Origin: the human T2T-CHM13v2.0 reference genome, Homo sapiens
Assembly: GCF_009914755.1 (NCBI RefSeq)
Contig: NC_060935.1
Reading direction: 5' to 3' (one strand)
Length of the DNA: 64,000 nt
Shown here: piece by piece, positions 56,842-64,000 of the stretch
How positions within the stretch are numbered: position 1 is the first letter of the stretch
Layout: every line of letters begins with the position of its first letter
Program-made: the position numbers and the translations under genes
The notes under the pieces: generated by a model
Told to the model about the DNA's origin: nothing
Database searches by the model: none
What the model saw: only the letters and a program-made list of their open reading frames with translations

Positions 56842-56986
56842 GTTTTTTTCCAGCCCTCAACTGAGAAACTGCTTTTGAATCACTGAAGTGAGAAGGTGTG
56901 TTCCTGTGGGTCTGTTTATGGAAGAAGGAGAAAGAATGGAGAGCAACACCTCAGTAATACCTGGTCTTCTTTTTGCTCTCTCTTCT

Positions 56987-57206
56987 GCCCTCTGCCTCCT
57001 GGGTTCAAGCAACTCTCCTGCCTCAGCCTCCCAAGTAGCTGGGATTACAGGTGTGTGCCAACACTCCTGGCTAATTTTTTGTATTTTTAGTAGAGACAGG
57101 GTTTCACCATGTTGGCCAGGCTGGTATTGAAGTCATGACCTGAGATGATCTGCCTGCCTCAGACTCCCAAAGTGCTGGGATTACAGGCATGTCACCACAC
57201 CTGACT
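56987..57206 (-). mobile_element. AluS lacking its 3' end and tail
   Basis: Starts at 'cctctgcctcctgggttcaagc', ends 'caccacacctgac'. Confidence 0.9.
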
Positions 57207-57393
57207 CCTGAAATAGCTTTTGTAGACTCTTGGTGTAATAAAAAGAGGGGAACTCTTTTCTTAAGAATGCATTTCCAAGGTAGACAGGGATATATTTTAT
57301 GTGATTTGTAAAATTCCTTATGTGGAAAACAATTATTCTATCACAAATCCATCACTAATCTGTTCCTGTGAGAACTTTTCCAGTCTCAGGATA

Positions 57394-57554
57394 GCGAGAA
57401 CTCACTACTATGTGAAAGGCACCCATTCATTTATGAGAGATACACCCATATGATCCAAACACTTCCCACTAGGCCCCACCCCCCAACACCACCACACTGG
57501 AGATCAAATTTCAACATGAGTTTTGGTGGGGACAAACCATATCCAATCATAGCA
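57394..57554 (-). mobile_element. MST-type MaLR LTR fragment
   Basis: 'atgatccaaacacttcccactaggccccacc…aaatttcaacatgagttttggtggggacaaac…tcatagca'. Confidence 0.75.
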
Positions 57555-57796
57555 ATCACCTTTTTAGGGAACTTGACTTTTGAAGCTTTCTTAGTGTTTG
57601 AGAGTCATTGTTTGGCAAACTCTCTCAGAGAAAGTTTGCGTCACTGTTTCAAACTCCACTGAACATGTGAGTAAGTTTCTGATATCTTCTTGCATTCTTA
57701 TGTCCAAGATCAGAGAAGAATACCTTCTAATATCTAGGAAATTTCATCTCCAGTTCAACCTGCACATCTTAACAATCGTACTCATCTTGTAAGACC

Positions 57797-57948
57797 TTGC
57801 TGCTCATGGTGTGGCCTGCAAACCAGCAGCAAGACCATCACCTGGGGCTTACTAGAAATGCCATATCTCAGACCCCAGCAGACCTTCTGAATCAGAGCCT
57901 GCATTTTGACAAGTTGACTCATGTGCACCTTCACGTTCGAGGAACACT
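57797..57948. mobile_element. MER5A-like hAT MITE
   Basis: 'accagcagca…catcacctggggcttactagaaatgc…ctgaatcagagcctgcatttt'. Confidence 0.8.
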
Positions 57949-58265
57949 TTTAAAGTGTTTACAATGGCTCTGCCTTCTTGATACCTGAATGAATTGAGCT
58001 TATCAAAAATTTGATAAAGGCAGCTTCATGATGATGGTGGCCAGGAAGCTCTTTCAGCTCTTAGTGGACATTGTGGAGATGAAGAACATAACAGGAATTA
58101 TGGTAGCACAGGATAAGTTGATTAATTTTGAAGCCCACTAGTTGTTTTGGAAGGTGGGGGGGACCCTGGATATATTAGCTTTCTAGGGTTTTATTGACAG
58201 TGAGAGAAAGCCCTATGACACAGAGCCATCTCATCTACTTTTTTGAACTGCTGCAGATTGGGCTT

Positions 58266-58517
58266 AGGTGTTTCAAGTTTGCCCAAAATAAATGATTCTA
58301 AAATCAATTTACCTAACGGCCAGTTTACTTAATGGTAATTTCCCCTAATAGTACTATTAACATAAAAATTCATGTTTGTGAAATTTATAAGAATTCACAT
58401 GTGATAGGAAGGTAAATTGGTTTTTGTCAAATTTGGTTTCAGATAGAGCTGCTTTAGGCAAATGTTCACTTACATATATTAGCTCTAGGCAAATAGATTT
58501 TATAGATGAATTCACCT
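58266..58517. repeat. Degenerate inverted-repeat (foldback-like) element, family not identified
   Basis: ~15-bp units caatttacctaa-like on the left, mirrored as ttaggcaaattg-like on the right; aggtg…cacct ends. Confidence 0.5.
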
Positions 58518-58899
58518 GATCCAGGTGTCCTCTCCTGAGGAGGGAACAGGGAATTCAGCGTAGGGGGTGGGAATGTTTAGTCATTATTTCCACTAGCAGT
58601 GATACTGGGTGTGGAGGAGGCTCCTGTAATAGCAAGTGGGCTGGGTGGGAGCTTGCTACACTGGTCTTACTAATGGCCCCCTGAGATATTTACTACATAG
58701 CCCTCACCTGTTTCAGTGTCTCACTATGAATGACCGTTACCACTTAGGCCCATCTGGGCTGCATCTTCTAAGCTCATTCCTAAGCACTGTTCTTCTTAGT
58801 GACCGTACACTTTTATGAGACTCTTCACAATGCTCATGTTTAGCCTGGGCTTTTCATGCTGGGTTGCTTTATCCCAGTGTGACTTAAACTGAACCAGGC

Positions 58900-59880
58900 T
58901 TTGTCACAGAACCATGTTCTGTTCTCTCGCGGTACTTATCCGTTTTCAATTTTACATTTATTAGTGTGATTATTTTGTTAACATCTGTCTCCCACTGGAT
59001 TGTAAGCTCTGTGAACACATGGATCATATCTGTTTTTGTTCATCATTGTGTCTTTAGAACCTAGCAAAGCACCTAGCAAATTGTAGAGACTTAATATTTT
59101 TGAAATAAATGAATGAATACCTTAATGAACCTCTGGCTTTTATTAGCAGTAATAAATTACATATGGCACATCTCACAGATGATGGTGATACATCAAACTG
59201 CCTTGACATAGAAGCTGAGAATCACTGTAGAAAATAAAAGTTTCTTATCAAGGAGGCAATTCAGGAAAATTAACATTTAAATAATGATGACAATAATAAT
59301 AGCTGACATTTATTGAGTTCTTATAGCATGCTAGTTATGATAAGTACTTTACCATAAAATTTATCTTACTATATTTATTGAGAGCTCAAGTCTTCCTAAC
59401 AGAAGCAGCCACTAGAACACGTTTCCTACAACCCCCACTCTCATCCTCCAGTACTGTGGAGCCGTCAGCACCAGGAACAAAGGAGGGTTCCATGTTGGTT
59501 CTGTTAAGGGTAGTTCATTTCCAGCTCATGGTGGCTGGCCTCATATCCCACTGAACGCTCTGCTAATGATGTCAGCCTTCCCAGTGACTCTTATGGGTAG
59601 TGGAAATTTCAGTTATGGGACAGAGTGGTCTGTGTTGATTCTTATAGTTCTTTCTTCCAAGAGGGCCTGGCTTAGGCATCATTGTCCTAGTTTTGTGTCT
59701 TTGGTCATCATTTAACTTCTCTCTGACTTGCTTTCTTCACTAATTAAATGAAGATGATAATAGTACCTCCTTCTAGAGGGTTGTTCCAAGAATTTACTTC
59801 AATATTGTATATAAAGTAATAACTAAAGTGGTATGTGGTAAGACTTGATAAATGTTAGCCATTATTATTATTATTATTAT
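58900..59880. mobile_element. L2 3' end (+, about 58900-59118) and MIR fragments (-, about 59275-59370; +, about 59660-59880)
   Basis: 'tctgtctcccactggattgtaagctc…aaatgaatgaat'; 'aataatagctgacatttattgag'; 'gataatagtacctcc…aaatgttagccattattatt'. Confidence 0.75.
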
Positions 59881-60039
59881 TTAAATGGTGCTTTTACTGA
59901 ATTATCTCCTTGATGAGTAACTTGTTTTCTATAAGAGTGACTGTGAACTGCAATGTCACAACCCTTTGTTGTATCACAATCAGCACTAAGGCATGCCACC
60001 TGTAATTTGTTACTGTTACTACAAACCAGATATTACTAT

Positions 60040-61327
<1,288 letters not shown>

Positions 61328-62279
61328 TCAGGGTCCATAGAGCCACTGATATGATGCACTTTCTGAGAAGTGGAGAAAGGACTGGAGTTAGAGGTAAGAA
61401 AACAAATTTTGCATAACTGGTGACACCCGTGGGAGTGTTTGAACATTACCTGCCTATCAGTCCTAACATAAAATGGTTTGAGAACTGCTAGGCTGTAGGA
61501 AAAGGGCCATATGTCAGTGGTTGGTTCTATGAATCTAGCCCCAACTTACCTTTCTGTTGCTTCACAACTCCTCTGATCTGTTTGTGTACATCGTCAGTGC
61601 TGTTCATACCTCTTCTTTCTTTGTTGCCTGAGCATGCCAGACACATTTCTTCCTCCATGTTTTTACATTTTCCCCACTCCTGAAGCACTTCTCTTACCCA
61701 TCTCACTCCAGTTTAGGTCATTCTTCTACATCTAGCTTCTTTTTGAAACGTTCTCACATCACCGTTCAAGATTGGATCTCCTCTCCTCGTTTTAAAGGTC
61801 AAGGATGTATTGTTGTCTATCTTTCCGTAAGTTTTTATTTTATCGAGTGACATGTAAATTCTTTGACAAGAGGCATACTTTGTATTAAGTAAGTGCTTGT
61901 TGCTTACTTATCTTTACACTTAGTGCCTTCTTTGCATATATGATTTTCAATCTTGCTTTCACAGTATGTAAGCCTGGCTTAGCCTTGAGAAAATGGGCCT
62001 TTACCTAGTTGTAATTTGAATTTGTGTTGTAGATAAGTGAGTGATTTTAATTTTGAGTGGGAGAATATGTATCAAATTGAAAACAGTAAAAATAAAGAAA
62101 ATGCTCTGTGTATAAGAAAGTTTTCTTATTACATTAATTGAAAAAAGTATGGAACAGTGAGAATACTCTGCTACCATTTGTGTTAAAGAGGTGGGACAAA
62201 ATAGTATGTTTATACTTGCTTTCATAGCATAAGAAACCTTTGGAAAAAACGTTCTTTTCTTCCTAAAAAATGATGCTTG

Positions 62280-64000
62280 CACAATGGGACATTCGTATTC
62301 AAAAGAATTAACTGGACAAAGACCCTATGCCTTTTACATAAATTAACTCAAAATAGATTATGTACTTTACTGTAAAATGCAAAACTGTAAAAATCCTAAA
62401 AGAAAACATAGGAGAAAATCTACATAACTTTCGGTTCAGTGATGAGCTTTTAGGTACAACATGAATAGTATGATCCATGGAAGAAAAAGTTGTTAAGTTA
62501 GATTTTTATTAAACCTTAAGCCTTCTGCTCTACCAGAAAGATTATTAAGAGATTAAAAAAACAAGTTATAGATTGGGAGAAATATTTGAAAAACACACAT
62601 TTGAGGAAGGATTTATATCCAACATATATAAGAACAATTGAAACTCAACAATAAGTAAACTCAACAATAAGTAAACAAACCAATTTTTAAAAATAGGCAA
62701 AATATCTGAATAGACATCTTACTAAAGAAGATATGTGAATAGGAAATAAGCATATTACAATGCTCAATATCATTTATCATTAGGGAAATGCTAATTAAAA
62801 CAATGATATACCATTACACACCAATTAGAATGGGTAAAATCCAAAAAAAAAAAAAAACCCCAACAATACCAATTGCTGGTGGGAATGAATAGCAACAGGA
62901 ATCCTTGTTTATTGCTGGTCTGAGTGTAATGTAGTGCGGCCCCTTTGGAAGACAGTTTGGCAGTTTCTTACAAAGCTAAACATAGTCTTATCACAAAATC
63001 AAGGAATTGCACTTCTAGGTATTTACTCAGTTGATTTGAAAATGTATTTTCACAAAAAATCCTGCAAACAGGAAGCAACCAAGTCCTTCAATAAGTAAAT
63101 GGATAAACTGTGGTACATGTATATGATGAAGTATTACTCAGCTATAAAAAAAAACAACGCATGATTAAGCCATGCAAAGACACAGGTGAAACTTTTTTTT
63201 TATGGCTGATCCTATTTGGATGAATCTTTAATGCATGTTACTAAGTGAAAGAACCCAATCTGAAAAGGCTGAATACTGTATCATTCCATTTATATGACAC
63301 TCTGGAAAAAGCCAAAAAAAAGATTAAAAAAAGATAACAAACAGATTAATGATTTCCAGGGCTTTGGGAGTTAGGGGAGAGCTAAATAGGTGAAAAACAG
63401 GAATTTTTTAGGCAGTGGAACTATTGGGTGTAATTCTGTAATGGTGGACACATGACACTATGCATATGTCAAAAGCCACAGAACCTTACAGCACAGAGAG
63501 TAAACCTCAATGTGTACATATTTAAAAAAATCATTTAGGAAGTTAAGAGATCCCAGGATGGAATTCAGAATGTAACAGAATATCTAACTGTATTATAAAT
63601 GTGTGAAATAACCTCAACAACGGGGATTGGGGAAATAGGAGCTGACTTCCGGAACTTTGGAAATTAATGGCGTATGTAGGACTAAAGGCGGAAGGAACTG
63701 TATATAGACACTTCACTTGAGTTGATACAGTTGTTTACCTGAGGGTATTGGTTAATGATATTAAAACCACTATACGTGTATACAGAAAGTGAATAATTAA
63801 TTAAGTAAATTGATGGTAGATCATGGGAGATTACAGATAAGCATGAGACAGAGACTAGAATTATCTATGTGATAACAGATTAGAGTTTAAGACATCAGTA
63901 TGAATTCATGTTTAGCTTACTTTAGATACAAATAGATACATATAGAAATATTTATAGAAATATTTATAGATATGTGTATATATACTGATTGTTATACACA
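62280..64000 (+). mobile_element. L1MC3-like element (ORF2 end and long 3' UTR), runs off the window
   Basis: 'aaagaaaacataggagaaaatct', 'ctttggaagacagtttggcagtttcttacaaagctaaacat', 'aatctgaaaaggctgaatactgtat…gatcccaggatggaat'. Confidence 0.85.

Noticed and set aside
62641-62676. 16-bp tandem duplication aaactcaacaataagt
   Set aside because: Ordinary slippage within an old L1; no functional implication visible.

Overview
Human (primate) genomic DNA from inside the NELL1 gene, transcribed on the + strand. The only coding sequence I can support is one 151-bp internal exon at 10320-10470 (…DIEREIHAAPHVSEKLIQLFQNKSEFTILATVQQKPSTSGVILSIRELEHS…, N-terminal TSPN/LamG domain). From recall of the cDNA this is exon 3, c.185-335, and it carries the Gln82 codon. 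The rest is intron, densely filled with transposable elements: about 15 Alus or Alu fragments, a stack of mostly antisense L1s (14.4-20.7 kb, 26.3-45.0 kb), many L2/MIR relics, solo LTRs (MER52A-like, MLT2A2, THE1A/B), a complete THE1C/D MaLR provirus and a few DNA-transposon relics. The supplied ORFs are otherwise repeat-derived or chance. There is no prokaryotic content, CRISPR array or RNA gene, and I found no convincing new multi-gene system. The most unusual structures are: (i) an apparent retroposed, poly(A)-tailed copy of a short ERV1 (MER50-like) transcript with a triplicated tRNA-His primer-binding site and a perfect 16-bp hairpin; (ii) a 5'-intact L1 lacking its 3' UTR and tail yet flanked by a target-site duplication, inserted into an ancient short local duplication; (iii) a ~150-nt AG-exclusion zone before the NELL1 exon; (iv) a very young AluYe in an inverted Alu pair; (v) a foldback-like element at 58.3-58.5 kb. 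Repeat subfamily names come from recalled consensus sequences and need RepeatMasker/Dfam confirmation. Boundaries of old repeats are approximate.
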